A model generated the notes under the pieces. That model did no database searches, was not told where the DNA came from, and was given only the letters and a program-made list of their open reading frames with translations. The position numbers and the translations under genes were made by a program. From the NCBI GenBank assembly GCA_963719495.1, contig CAVRCI010000013.1, positions 576,001 through 640,000 on the forward strand: DNA of 64,000 bases. Direction: 5' to 3'. Below, piece after piece: positions 40,221-49,905 of this stretch (position 1 is its first letter; every line of letters starts with the position of its first letter). The DNA is from an uncultured Verrucomicrobiae bacterium (GTDB taxonomy: Bacteria > Verrucomicrobiota > Verrucomicrobiia > Chthoniobacterales > JAATET01).

Positions 40221-41003
40221 ATGGCCGCCGCTGACGATTCACTCGACCCGCGATTTGCCAGTCTGGGCCGACTCTACGGAGAGCCAGGCGTTCGGCGGTT
40301 CGCCGCGGCGCGCGTCGCGATCATCGGGCTGGGCGGGGTGGGATCGTGGACGGCGGAGGCCCTGGCGCGCAGCGCGGTCGGCGCGCTCACGCTGATCGAT
40401 CTGGACGACGTCTGCCTGACGAACGTCAACCGTCAGCTGCCCGCGCTCACCTCGACCGTCGGGCAGCCGAAGGTCGCCGTGCTGGCCCGACGCATCGCGG
40501 ACATCGATCCCAACTGCCGGGTCGACGCGGTGGAGAAATTTTTCACTCCGAAAACTGCCGCCGCCCTATTGGAACCGGAGTTCGACGTCGTCGTCGACGC
40601 CACCGACCGGATGTCGACGAAGGCGCTCATCCTCGACGAATGCCGGCGGCGCGGCCAGGCGGCGGTCACGGTCGGGGCGGCGGGCGGGAAGCTGGACGCG
40701 ACGCGGGTGACGGTCGCGGATCTGGGTCTCACGGGTAAAGACGATTTGCTCCGGCTCGTGCGGCGGAAATTGCGGCGCGACCACGGCTGGGCGGCCGGCG
40801 AGGGCAACGTCTACGGGGTGCCGGCGATCTTCTCGCCGGAGCCGCCGCGTTACCCGTGGTCCGACGGGAGCGTGCGGCTGGAGGAGGAGCCGGAGAGCAA
40901 TCTGGCGATGGACTGCGCGACGGGCTTCGGCGCGGCGGCGCACGTCACCGGGACCTTCGGGCTCTTCGCGGCGGGCGAAGTTTTGAAAATGCTTTCGAAA
41001 TAA
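40221..41003 (+). CDS. tcdA: tRNA threonylcarbamoyladenosine dehydratase (ThiF family)
   Basis: GLGGVGSW.AEALARS, DDVCLTNVNRQ, GAAGGK and C..GFGAA.HVTGTFG. Confidence 0.9.
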   Translation: MAAADDSLDPRFASLGRLYGEPGVRRFAAARVAIIGLGGVGSWTAEALARSAVGALTLIDLDDVCLTNVNRQLPALTSTVGQPKVAVLARRIADIDPNCRVDAVEKFFTPKTAAALLEPEFDVVVDATDRMSTKALILDECRRRGQAAVTVGAAGGKLDATRVTVADLGLTGKDDLLRLVRRKLRRDHGWAAGEGNVYGVPAIFSPEPPRYPWSDGSVRLEEEPESNLAMDCATGFGAAAHVTGTFGLFAAGEVLKMLSK

Positions 41004-41777
41004 TCAACCAAAGAGCCTCAGGAAGTTGCCTTCGACGACTTCCGCTAGTTTGTCGAGCGGGAGGCCGCGCACGTCGGCCAGGCCTTGGTAGGCCACGATG
41101 AGATTCCCGGGATGGTTCATTTCCCCTTCGCCGTAGCGATCCAGCTCCGCGGGCAAGGGCATCGACGGCGCGTCGGTCTCGACGAGCAAACGGTCGATCG
41201 GCAGGTCGCGGAACGTCACCGCTTTGGCCCGGCGCTTCTCCGCCAGAAACGAGCCGGAGAACGAAAAATACGCCCCCATCTCCGTGAGCTCCCGCCCGAT
41301 CTCCGCCGATCCGCCGAACGCGTGAATCAGGAATCCGCGCTCGGATCGCGGCAGGGTTCGCAGGGCTTCGGTGAGCGGTCCCCAGGCGCGGAGGCAATGC
41401 ACGGTGATCGGGAGGCCGCGCCGGACGCCTTCGGTAAATTGCCAGCGGAAGACGTCGAGTTGATCATCGAAGTTCCCGGTCTCCTTCCAGCGGTCGAGCC
41501 CGATCTCGCCGAGCGCGCTGCCCGCGTCCAATCGCGCGACGAGCCGCTCGCGCCAAGCCGACGAACGCCCGTTCACCCGCCACGGGTGCAGGCCGTAGCT
41601 GGGTCGCACCCACGCGTGCTTCGCCGCCAACTCCGCCACGGCGTCCCAGTCCGACTCCTCGGTTCCGTTGACGACCATCGCGGCGATGCCCAACTCGGCG
41701 ACCGCGGTCCCGACTTCGCCGAGCCGGGCGGAGAGCGCCGGATCCTGGAGGTGATTGTGCGCGTCGTAGAGTCTCAC
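41004..41777 (-). CDS. tatD: TatD-family nuclease
   Basis: DAHNH, GLHPW, GEIGLD, HAFGGS and LVETDAP. Confidence 0.9.
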   Translation of the reverse strand: MRLYDAHNHLQDPALSARLGEVGTAVAELGIAAMVVNGTEESDWDAVAELAAKHAWVRPSYGLHPWRVNGRSSAWRERLVARLDAGSALGEIGLDRWKETGNFDDQLDVFRWQFTEGVRRGLPITVHCLRAWGPLTEALRTLPRSERGFLIHAFGGSAEIGRELTEMGAYFSFSGSFLAEKRRAKAVTFRDLPIDRLLVETDAPSMPLPAELDRYGEGEMNHPGNLIVAYQGLADVRGLPLDKLAEVVEGNFLRLFG

Positions 41778-42181
41778 CGCCCGGCCCCCGCGATCCGCTG
41801 GAGCCGCCGCCGGACCTGGTCGAGGCCATTCCAACGCGTCGGCGACAGGATTCGGTCGAACTCGAGCCGCTCGAGCAGATCCAGTTTCCCATCGGCGATC
41901 TCGTTTGCGCCGACCCCATCACAGACCTCCGCCAGGGCCGAAGCGAGCCCGCCCACGATCTGTGAATCCGCCGCCATTCGGAATCGGCAAATCTCGTCGA
42001 CGACCTCGCCCACCAACCAGATGCGCGAGACGCACCCCGGGACGAGCGCCTCGTCCAGGCGCTCGCAGTCCGGCAATTGCATCCGGTCCACCTTGCGGCT
42101 GACGACCGCCGAAAGCCGCTCGCGCGGATCGGGAATGATCGCGAACCGCGCGACGAATCTGGCCTGACGTTCCTCCAACAC
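41774..42181 (-). CDS. sufE: SufE/CsdE-family sulfur acceptor
   Basis: VPGCVSRIWL, ADSQIVGGL and LSPTRWNGL. Confidence 0.85.
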   Translation of the reverse strand: MLEERQARFVARFAIIPDPRERLSAVVSRKVDRMQLPDCERLDEALVPGCVSRIWLVGEVVDEICRFRMAADSQIVGGLASALAEVCDGVGANEIADGKLDLLERLEFDRILSPTRWNGLDQVRRRLQRIAGAGR

Positions 42182-42211
42182 GCGCCCGTTTTACCACCGC
42201 TTCGGAACAAG

Positions 42212-42241
42212 AAAAAAGCCCGACCTCGCGGTCGGGCTTTT
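42212..42241. terminator. Intrinsic terminator after the rhodanese gene
   Basis: AAAAAAGCCCGACC-TCGC-GGTCGGGCTTTT. Confidence 0.8.
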
Positions 42242-42277
42242 CAATTCGAGACTCTCGCGGGTTTGCGAGATCGGCGA

Positions 42278-42673
42278 TCACTCGGCCGATGCGGTCTCCG
42301 CACCGGAGGCCTTCCAACCGGAGATGCCGGGGCTGAAATGCTTCACGTTCGTGTAACCGAGCTCGGTCGCGGCTTTTGCGGCTTTCGCGTAGGCGCCACA
42401 CTGAGGGCTACCGCAGTAGGCCACGACGAGGGCGTCCTTGTCGGCGGGGAGCTGCGAGGCGAAGTCGCCCTTCACGGCGGTGTAATCGATGGCCGTCGGG
42501 ATGTGGGCATCCTTGTAGGAATCGGTGCCGTTGACGTCGACGACGGTCACTTCATCCTTGGCGATGGCGGCCTGCAGATCGGTCATGCTGATGTCGGGGT
42601 AGGAGCCGGCGACCGCGGCGGCGGCGGTGAGGACGACGGCGGCGAGAGAAAGGAGGTGGGTTTTCATTTTCAT
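42278..42673 (-). CDS. Exported rhodanese-like domain protein
   Basis: Signal peptide; HIPTA, YCGSPQC, LGYTNV and GISGW. Confidence 0.85.
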   Translation of the reverse strand: MKMKTHLLSLAAVVLTAAAAVAGSYPDISMTDLQAAIAKDEVTVVDVNGTDSYKDAHIPTAIDYTAVKGDFASQLPADKDALVVAYCGSPQCGAYAKAAKAATELGYTNVKHFSPGISGWKASGAETASAE

Positions 42674-42756
42674 CGTGGACAAGAGAGCACAGCTCGCGGC
42701 TTATTCCACAGTTTCTTCCGCCCGGCCCCCACCCGGCAGCCGTAAATTTTCCGACC

Positions 42757-43539
42757 ATGAAGCTAACAGCCAGCGCCCACCTCGCCTTTCACGCCCACGC
42801 CGAAGTCCCGGCCATCTTCATGCTCAAGCCGCGCAGCGGCTACGGCCAGTGGGTGACCAGCGAGGAATACGCCCTCGATCCCGAGATCCAGATGATCGAA
42901 TACACCGATGGCTTTGGGAATCTCTGTCAGCGTGCCACGATCCCGCCCGGGCCGTTTTCGATCACCGCAAATTGCGTGGTCGATTCGCCGGACGACATCG
43001 ACGTCGATCCGGCGGCGGAATTCGTCCCCGTCGCGCTGATCCCCGATCCGCTGCTGCAATTTCTCCTGCCGAGCCGTTACTGCCAGGCCGATTTCCTGGG
43101 CAATCTCGCCGGCTCCATCACGAACCACGTCCCGCCCGGCTACCAGCAGGTCGAGGCCATCCGCGCGTGGATCCGGCGCGAGGTCCGCTACGCCTACGGC
43201 ACGAGCAACGCGTCGACTTCGGCGCTCGAGACCGCCAACCAGAAGGTCGGCGTCTGCCGCGACCTCGCCCACCTCGGCATCGCGCTCTGCCGCGCGATCA
43301 ACATCCCCGCGCGCATGGTCGTCGGCTATTTGCACGAGCTCAAACCGATGGACCTCCACGCGTGGTTCGAGGCTTACGTCGGCCAGCGCTGGTATGTCTT
43401 CGACGCCACGCAGGACGAGCCGCGGGGCAACCGCATCACGATCGCCTACGGTCGCGACGCCGCCGACGTCGCGCTCACCACGCAATTCGGTCCCATGGAC
43501 CTGCTCGACATGAGCGTCGACGTCGGCCCCGCCGACTGA
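42757..43539 (+). CDS. Transglutaminase-like cysteine protease family protein
   Basis: PSRYC, GVCRDLAH, IPARMVVGY, HAWFE and FDAT (Cys-His-Asp triad). Confidence 0.9.
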   Translation: MKLTASAHLAFHAHAEVPAIFMLKPRSGYGQWVTSEEYALDPEIQMIEYTDGFGNLCQRATIPPGPFSITANCVVDSPDDIDVDPAAEFVPVALIPDPLLQFLLPSRYCQADFLGNLAGSITNHVPPGYQQVEAIRAWIRREVRYAYGTSNASTSALETANQKVGVCRDLAHLGIALCRAINIPARMVVGYLHELKPMDLHAWFEAYVGQRWYVFDATQDEPRGNRITIAYGRDAADVALTTQFGPMDLLDMSVDVGPAD

Positions 43540-43560
43540 CGCCCCCACGCCCGCGCGTTC

Positions 43561-44490
43561 TCAGCCGAGCATCGCCGCGGCCGCGCGGCGACCACTGAGC
43601 CAAACGGCTTCGATCCGTGAATCCGTGATCGAATCCCCGCAGACGAAGAAGCCCGATGGCAACTCGCCGACGTCGGCGGCGGCGACGCGCCGTGAGAATC
43701 CCCAGCGATGGGTGAAGGCCCCGGCAAAGCGGGTCGGGTCGAGTTCCCAGCGTGGCTCGAGCTCCGACCGCAATTTCGCCGCCCAGACGTCGCGCTCGGC
43801 GTCCCAATGTCCGGCGCTGAACTCCGCCGCCGCCTGCACGACGAAGAGCAAACGCCCGGCTGGCACCCGGGCGGCTTTGTGATTCTCGCAGGCCGACCAG
43901 GCCAGCGCGGAGCCTGACCGGTCGCTCACCGCGTAGGTCGTCCGCGCCCGGCCCGCCCACTCGACGTCGTAGGCGAAGGCGGCGGTCAGATTGCGCTCGT
44001 AGGGACTGGCGGCGACCGTTCGGCCCAGGAGGGCGGCGGTCTGCGGCCACGGGGCGCAGCTCAGGATCGCGTCGAATCGCTCCCCCGCGACCTCCCAATC
44101 ACCGCCGTCGACCGACACCTCACCGACCGGCGACTCGCGGCGGATTTCGAGCCCGGCGGCGAGCGCCCGGGCGAGACGATTGTTGCCCTCGACGTGGAAA
44201 AGTCGCCGGGTGTCGGTTCCGACTTCGCAGCCATCCGCGTCGACGACCGGTGCCGGGATCTCGCCCACCGCGTCGCCGAGCTCCGCGAGAACTTCCCGGA
44301 AGGCCGCGTCGCGAGCGGTGAAATACTGCGCGCCGTGATCGAAGACGCAGCCTTCCCACAGCCGCGAAGAGCAGCGTCCGCCCAGGCTGCGAGATTTCTC
44401 GAAAACGACCGCCCGCTTGCCTGCGGCGTCGAGGGCCCGGGCGGCCGCGAGTCCGGAAATCCCCGCTCCGATGATTGCGATTCGATCCAT
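43561..44490 (-). CDS. Renalase-like FAD-dependent oxidoreductase
   Basis: GAGISG, EKSR..GGR, DHGAQYFT, HRW, CGD and EAVWLSG. Confidence 0.85.
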   Translation of the reverse strand: MDRIAIIGAGISGLAAARALDAAGKRAVVFEKSRSLGGRCSSRLWEGCVFDHGAQYFTARDAAFREVLAELGDAVGEIPAPVVDADGCEVGTDTRRLFHVEGNNRLARALAAGLEIRRESPVGEVSVDGGDWEVAGERFDAILSCAPWPQTAALLGRTVAASPYERNLTAAFAYDVEWAGRARTTYAVSDRSGSALAWSACENHKAARVPAGRLLFVVQAAAEFSAGHWDAERDVWAAKLRSELEPRWELDPTRFAGAFTHRWGFSRRVAAADVGELPSGFFVCGDSITDSRIEAVWLSGRRAAAAMLG

Positions 44491-44570
44491 GGAGACGACC
44501 TTGGCAGAAATGGCCGCCGCGTCCAAACCGGCTTGATCAATCCCTCGACCCCAGCCCAGAATTCATCCGG

Positions 44571-44807
44571 ATGTCCCCCGCGAACCGACACCTTTCCGAA
44601 CGCGCGGCGAAGGCCGAACGCATCATCGCCGCTCCCCTTGGATACAAGGTGTGCGAGGGCTGCGAATCCATCGTCGCCCGCCGGCTCGACCTCTGCCCGA
44701 ATTGTTCGGGCTACCGATTCGACCTCGACCCGGCCCGGATCGCGGCGCAGGCGCGCGTCCTCGCAAGTCGAGCTCAGACCACCGTCACGGCTCTGGATCT
44801 GCTCTGA
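44571..44807 (+). CDS. Small double-CxxC zinc-ribbon protein
   Basis: YKVCEGCESIV..CPNCSGYRF; fills the gap between divergent genes. Confidence 0.7.
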   Translation: MSPANRHLSERAAKAERIIAAPLGYKVCEGCESIVARRLDLCPNCSGYRFDLDPARIAAQARVLASRAQTTVTALDLL

Positions 44808-44873
44808 TATTTGCGCGCCAGCTCGGGATTGCGTTGGCGATCCCACGAGGCGGCGTGGTAGACATCGCAGCGC

Positions 44874-46241
44874 ATGGAGTTCCCCCTCGGCAAAGCCCCG
44901 CTCTGGATCCTGATCGCGACCGTTGTCGCCGGCGTGGCCGTGCTCGGTGGGCGGTTGACCGCCCGCGTCGACGCGCCCGATCTCGTGCTGGCGACGTTTT
45001 CGCGGACCCACGTCGAATTTTACGAAAAAGCCGTCCCCGCCTTCGAGCGGGAGCATGGCGTGAAGGTCCAGATTCAGCTGGTCGACATGCGGGCGCTCAC
45101 CAGCCGCCTGCAGGCCGCGATGATCGCCGGGACCGAAGTGCCGGACCTCGTCGAGATCGAAAAGGGCGCGATGGGCTATTTCACGAAGGGGCCGCTCGAC
45201 GACATCGGCTTCGTCGATCTGACCGATCGTCTGCGCGAGGAAGGCCTCTTCGACTTGATGGTCGAGTCGCGGTTCAGCCTTTGGACGACGCGGGGCCGGA
45301 CGTTTGCGCTGCCGCACGACGTCCATCCCGTGATGCTCGCCTACCGCCGCGACATCGTGGAAAAGCTCGGCATCGACGTGAATGCGATCCGGACGTGGGA
45401 CGACTTCACGGAGATGGGTCGCCGGATCACCGCCGACGTGGACGGCGATGGCGTGGTCGACCGTTACGCGCTCGACCTGCCGACGGCGGGCACCGAGGTG
45501 CTGGAAACTCTCATCCTGCAACGCGGCGGCGCCATCTTCGACGCGGCCGGGGAAGTCGCCTTCGACTCGCCCGTCGTGGCCGACACGATCTGCTGGTACG
45601 TTCGGCAGACGACGGGCGCGTCCCGGATTTCGTTCCCGGCGGGCTGGGGCCAGACGATGTCGCAGATCCTGCTGGATGGGTTGGTCGTGTTCTACGTCGC
45701 ACCCGACTGGCGCACGAAGCAATACGAGGTCGACGCCCCGGGCGTGAGCGGCAAGATGGCGCTCATGCCGCTCCCGGCCTGGGAGGAGGGCGGACGGCGC
45801 GTGAGCACGTGGGGCGGCACCGGACTCGCGATCACGAAGGGCTCGAAACACCCCGAGCTCGCCTGGGAATTCGCGAAGCACATCTACCTCGACCCGACCG
45901 ACGTCGGAGCGCGCTTCCTCGCCACGAACATCATTTCGCCGCTGAAAGCCGCCTGGGCCTCGCCGGCCTACGACGCGCCGAATGCCTTCTATTCCAACCA
46001 ACCGATCGGTCGTCTCTTCGCCGACCTCGCTCCGGCGACTCCCGCGAGTTACGGCGCGCCCTACGCCCTCCTCGCCACGAGCAAGCTCGGCGAGGTCTTC
46101 ATCGACGCCTCGATTTATTACGCAAAGAATCAGGACGTCGGCCTGCGCGAATTCGTGACCACCGCGCTGGCCACGAAAGCCGACGAAGTCCGCCGCGTCG
46201 CCGGTCGCAACGCCTTCCTCTTCCCCACCCCCACCGAATGA
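44874..46241 (+). CDS. Sugar ABC transporter substrate-binding protein
   Basis: N-terminal anchor; PDLVE, ALPHDVHP, YRRD, TWDDF and WGGTG. Confidence 0.88.
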   Translation: MEFPLGKAPLWILIATVVAGVAVLGGRLTARVDAPDLVLATFSRTHVEFYEKAVPAFEREHGVKVQIQLVDMRALTSRLQAAMIAGTEVPDLVEIEKGAMGYFTKGPLDDIGFVDLTDRLREEGLFDLMVESRFSLWTTRGRTFALPHDVHPVMLAYRRDIVEKLGIDVNAIRTWDDFTEMGRRITADVDGDGVVDRYALDLPTAGTEVLETLILQRGGAIFDAAGEVAFDSPVVADTICWYVRQTTGASRISFPAGWGQTMSQILLDGLVVFYVAPDWRTKQYEVDAPGVSGKMALMPLPAWEEGGRRVSTWGGTGLAITKGSKHPELAWEFAKHIYLDPTDVGARFLATNIISPLKAAWASPAYDAPNAFYSNQPIGRLFADLAPATPASYGAPYALLATSKLGEVFIDASIYYAKNQDVGLREFVTTALATKADEVRRVAGRNAFLFPTPTE

Positions 46242-47128
46242 CCGCCGCCCGCCCCCGCTCGTTTCGCTGGCTCGTGCCCTACCTCTTCGTCGCGCCCTAC
46301 GTCGTCGTCACGCTGGCGTTCTTCGTCTACCCGGTGCTGAAAGCGACGGTGCTCGCGTTTTACCAAACGAACGGCGCGCGCAGCGAAGTCTTCGTCGGCT
46401 TCGGGAATTTCGCCTTCATTCTCAGCGACCCCGATTTCTACACCGCGCTCAGGAACACGACGGTCTACGCGATTTTTTCCATCGGCCTCCAACTCCCGCT
46501 CTCGCTCGGCCTCGCGCTCATGCTGAACAGCGGACGCGACCGGATGAAGGGCTTCTTCCGACTCGTCCTGTTCTCGCCGCACCTCGTGGGGCAGATCTTC
46601 GTCGGCGTCCTCTTCGGCGTCCTCTTCACGCCGCGCTACGGGATGTTCAATCGCTTCATCCACTCGCTCACCGGCTGGGGTCTCGATGAGCGTTGGTTGG
46701 AAAATCCCAGCCTCGTCATGCCCGCGCTCGTGCTCGCTTCGCTGTGGATGTACGTCGGTTTCAACATGATCTACTTCCTCGCGGCCCTGCAAACCGTCGA
46801 CGAAGCGCTCGTCGACGCCGCCCGCATCGACGGGGCAAACGCCTGGCAGGTCTTCTGGGCCGTCACCTTTCCGGCGATCAAACCCGTGGCGACCTTCGTC
46901 GTCATCATGAGCACGATCGGGAGCTACCAACTCTTCGAACTCCCCTTCGCGCTCCTCCAGGGCAACGGCCCGAAAAATTCCGGCCTCACCATCGTCGGCT
47001 ACCTCTACCAATACGCCTTCGACGCCGGCGACCTCGGCACCGGCGCGGCCATCGGCTGGGTGCTCGTCCTCGTCATTTTCGTCATCAGCATGATCCAACT
47101 GCGCGTCTCGGGCACCCTCAAGGAATGA
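46238..47128 (+). CDS. Sugar ABC transporter permease
   Basis: FVGFGNF; EAA loop DAARIDGA; ATGA overlap. Confidence 0.9.
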   Translation: MTAARPRSFRWLVPYLFVAPYVVVTLAFFVYPVLKATVLAFYQTNGARSEVFVGFGNFAFILSDPDFYTALRNTTVYAIFSIGLQLPLSLGLALMLNSGRDRMKGFFRLVLFSPHLVGQIFVGVLFGVLFTPRYGMFNRFIHSLTGWGLDERWLENPSLVMPALVLASLWMYVGFNMIYFLAALQTVDEALVDAARIDGANAWQVFWAVTFPAIKPVATFVVIMSTIGSYQLFELPFALLQGNGPKNSGLTIVGYLYQYAFDAGDLGTGAAIGWVLVLVIFVISMIQLRVSGTLKE

Positions 47129-48054
47129 ACGGCGTCCACTGGATTCTCCTCGCCGCCGCGCTCGGATTCGCCGCGCTCTGGGCGCGCACCCCGGGCGACC
47201 CGAAGCCCGCGCTCACCTACCTGCGCTACGTCGTGCTCGCGGGCGTCGCGTTCCTCATTCTCGCGCCGTTCCTGTGGCTCATCGCCGCCGCGTTCAAGGA
47301 CCCGACGGTGCTCAACGAATACGTTTTCCTCCCACCGATCAGCGAATGGTCGGCCGCCACGCTCAACCTCGAAAATTTCCGGGAACTCTTCGCGCCCCGC
47401 GAGACGCTCGACGGAGTCGTCTACTTCTGGCTCTACATCGCGAACTCCCTCTTCCTCGCCGGGGCCACGACGGTGCTCCAGCTTTTCTTCTCGTCGCTGG
47501 CCGGCTACGCCCTCGCGAAATTCGCCTTCCCGGGCAAGGGAGCGCTAATGGGATTCATGCTTGGTTCGATGATGATCCCCGGCGTCATCCTGCTCGCGCC
47601 GACTTATGAGATCATCGTCCGCATCGGCTGGATCGACACCTACTGGGCGCTGCTCGTCCCGGGCGCCGTGAGCATTTTCGGCATTTTCCTCTTCCGCCAG
47701 GCCATGCTCGGCGTGCCGGCGGAGCTGATCGAATCGGGCCGCATGGACGGCTGCGGGGAATTTCGAATCTACTTCACCCTCGTCATGCCGCTCGTCCGTC
47801 CGATGAGCGGCGCCTTCTGCCTCGTCTCGTTCCTCGGTGCGTGGAACAGCTTCATCGCGCCGAACGTGTATCTCAGTTCGCAAAACAAGCTCCCGCTCCC
47901 CGTCGTCCTCAACCAATTCGTCGGCGAATACAGTCAGCAATACGGCGTCTTCCTGGCCGGCACCCTCCTCGCGATCATCCCCCCCGCCATCCTCTTCTTC
48001 GCGCTGCAAAAAGAATTCGTCAGCGGTCTCACCACGGGCGCGGTAAAGGGCTAA
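47125..48054 (+). CDS. Sugar ABC transporter permease
   Basis: AGYALAK, ESGRMDG, WNSF and GLTTGAVKG. Confidence 0.9.
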   Translation: MNGVHWILLAAALGFAALWARTPGDPKPALTYLRYVVLAGVAFLILAPFLWLIAAAFKDPTVLNEYVFLPPISEWSAATLNLENFRELFAPRETLDGVVYFWLYIANSLFLAGATTVLQLFFSSLAGYALAKFAFPGKGALMGFMLGSMMIPGVILLAPTYEIIVRIGWIDTYWALLVPGAVSIFGIFLFRQAMLGVPAELIESGRMDGCGEFRIYFTLVMPLVRPMSGAFCLVSFLGAWNSFIAPNVYLSSQNKLPLPVVLNQFVGEYSQQYGVFLAGTLLAIIPPAILFFALQKEFVSGLTTGAVKG

Positions 48055-48087
48055 TACCCGGGCGCGCCGCGCGATCCAACCCGAAGG

Positions 48088-48300
48088 ATGAGGTAGGGGT
48101 CGGGATTGCACCGCCCCCCTCCCGAACCGGACTGGCGGATTTCCCGCAATCGGCCTCCAGTCGGTCGTTGCTCGTTACCGAGATTGAAGGATCCCGGCGT
48201 CAAACGGCTTCAAGGCGAGCAATCCACGCGCGTGGAAACTGGCGTTTGACTTGGGCACTCGGCGCCGCGGGCGCCGTCGCCCTCTCGCGCGACGTCCATT
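48088..48300 (-). mobile_element. Degenerate group II intron 3' end (domains V-VI) with maturase C-terminal remnant
   Basis: Minus strand ACCGACTGGAGGCCGATTGCGGGAAATCCGCCAGTCCGGTTCGGGAGGGGG..CCCCTACCTCAT preceded by ...NASFHARGLLAL...LQSR-stop. Confidence 0.75.
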
Positions 48301-48408
48301 CCCCGAAGAACCCCGCCTGCCCGTGATCGGGAGGCGGCCCGAGACACCGTCCACTTCCGGTTGCCCTCGGGGGAATCCGTCCGTAAAGTCCCCGCTCCAT
48401 CCATCGAC

Positions 48409-48777
48409 ATGACATCCATCACTCTCACATTCGGCACGCTTCTCATCCTCCTCGGCCTCGGCGGCTACTTCGGCACGGGCGCGGATAGCCCAACGGCTTT
48501 GATCCCGGCGGCCGTGGGTATCATCCTCATCATCTGCGCCGCCCTCGCCCGAATGGGACGAGTGATGAATCTGATCTTCGCCCACGTCGCGGTGTTGATT
48601 GGCGCGGTCCTGGGCGTCGCCGGTCTCGCCATGTCCGTCCCCAAGCTTCTATCCGACACCCCGCCGACGAATCCTATCGCGGTCTACCTCCAGCTCGGAA
48701 TGGGCATCATCCTCGTCGTCTACACGATCTTCTGCGTCCGATCCTTCATCGCCGCCCGCAAGGCCCGCACCGCTTGA
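48409..48777 (+). CDS. Small 4-TM membrane protein (TMEM14-like)
   Basis: GTLLILLGLGGY, SPTALIPA, HVAV and RSFIAARKAR. Confidence 0.75.
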   Translation: MTSITLTFGTLLILLGLGGYFGTGADSPTALIPAAVGIILIICAALARMGRVMNLIFAHVAVLIGAVLGVAGLAMSVPKLLSDTPPTNPIAVYLQLGMGIILVVYTIFCVRSFIAARKARTA

Positions 48778-48841
48778 TCGAGCCCCACGCTTCACCCCTT
48801 TCCGCAACTTCCGCGCCTCATTGCGGCCAACGAATTCACTC

Positions 48842-49792
48842 ATGAAAAAACCCCACCACTCCCAAGCCGGCAACGCCGCCTACTCCGCGATCGTCCCGAT
48901 CATCGTCGTCCTCGCCTTCGTCCTCTTTCTCATCTCCGGTGCCTTCGTTGTCGTCGAAGCCGGCCACGTCGGCGTCGTCAAACGCCTCGGCGCCGTCCAG
49001 GACAACGCCCTCCCCGAGGGCTTCCACGTGAAGCGGCCCTTCGTCGATGTCGTCGAGCAGATCGACATCCGCCTCATGCCGACGAACGCGAAATCCACCG
49101 CCGCCTCCCGCGATCTCCAGACGGTTTCGACCGAGGTGAACGTCACGTATTCGGTCAACGGCGAACTCGCCCCTCTCATGTTCCAGCGCATCGGCGACAC
49201 CCGCAAAGTGGCCGCCGCCCTCGTCGAACCCGCCATCCAGGAATCGGTCAAGGCCGTGACCGCGCAATACACCGCCGAGGAACTCGTCACCAAGCGAGCC
49301 GAGGTCAAGGTCGCCATCCAGACGGCCATCGAAGAATTCATCGCGAAGACCCTCGCCGATAAGGACATTCAGAACGGCGTGACCCTCGCGAACGTCGCGA
49401 TCACCGACTTCGTCTTCAGCGAAGAGTTCAACAAAGCCATCGAGTCCAAGGTCAAGGCCGAGCAGGAGGCGCTCCGGGCCAAGAACGAATACATGATGCG
49501 CGTCACCCAGGCCGAAGCCAGTGAAGCCGAGGTCAAGCTTTCCGCCGACGCGAAAGCCTACTCGACCCAGGTCGAATCCGAGGCCCGCGCCAACGCGATC
49601 AAGATCGAAGCCGCCGCCCTCCGCGACAACCCCGCCATCATCGAGCTCCGCGCCATCGAGCGCTGGGACGGCGCTCTCCCCAAGATCTCCGGCAGCGGAG
49701 CCGTCCCGTTCCTCAACATCGATTCGATGACCGAAGAAGAGCCCGCCGCCGCGGCCCCCAAACCCACCCAAAGCAGCTCCTTCCTAAGGTAG
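48842..49792 (+). CDS. Prohibitin/SPFH-domain protein
   Basis: GHVGV, SRDLQ, VKAVTAQYTAEEL, AIESK and WDGALP. Confidence 0.9.
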   Translation: MKKPHHSQAGNAAYSAIVPIIVVLAFVLFLISGAFVVVEAGHVGVVKRLGAVQDNALPEGFHVKRPFVDVVEQIDIRLMPTNAKSTAASRDLQTVSTEVNVTYSVNGELAPLMFQRIGDTRKVAAALVEPAIQESVKAVTAQYTAEELVTKRAEVKVAIQTAIEEFIAKTLADKDIQNGVTLANVAITDFVFSEEFNKAIESKVKAEQEALRAKNEYMMRVTQAEASEAEVKLSADAKAYSTQVESEARANAIKIEAAALRDNPAIIELRAIERWDGALPKISGSGAVPFLNIDSMTEEEPAAAAPKPTQSSSFLR

Positions 49793-49856
49793 GGGAGCGC
49801 GACCCGGGGAGCGCGACCTTCCAGGTCGCCGTCTCCGGCTTCCAGCCGGAGACCCC
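49789..49856. repeat. REP-like GTAG palindromes overlapping the stop codon
   Basis: GTAGGGGAGCGCGACC..GCGACCTTCCAGGTCGC..GTCTCCGGCTTCCAGCCGGAGAC. Confidence 0.6.
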
Positions 49857-49905
49857 AAACGATCCCGGCAAAGCCGGCACTTCCTTCACAACGAACAGAG
49901 CAAGC

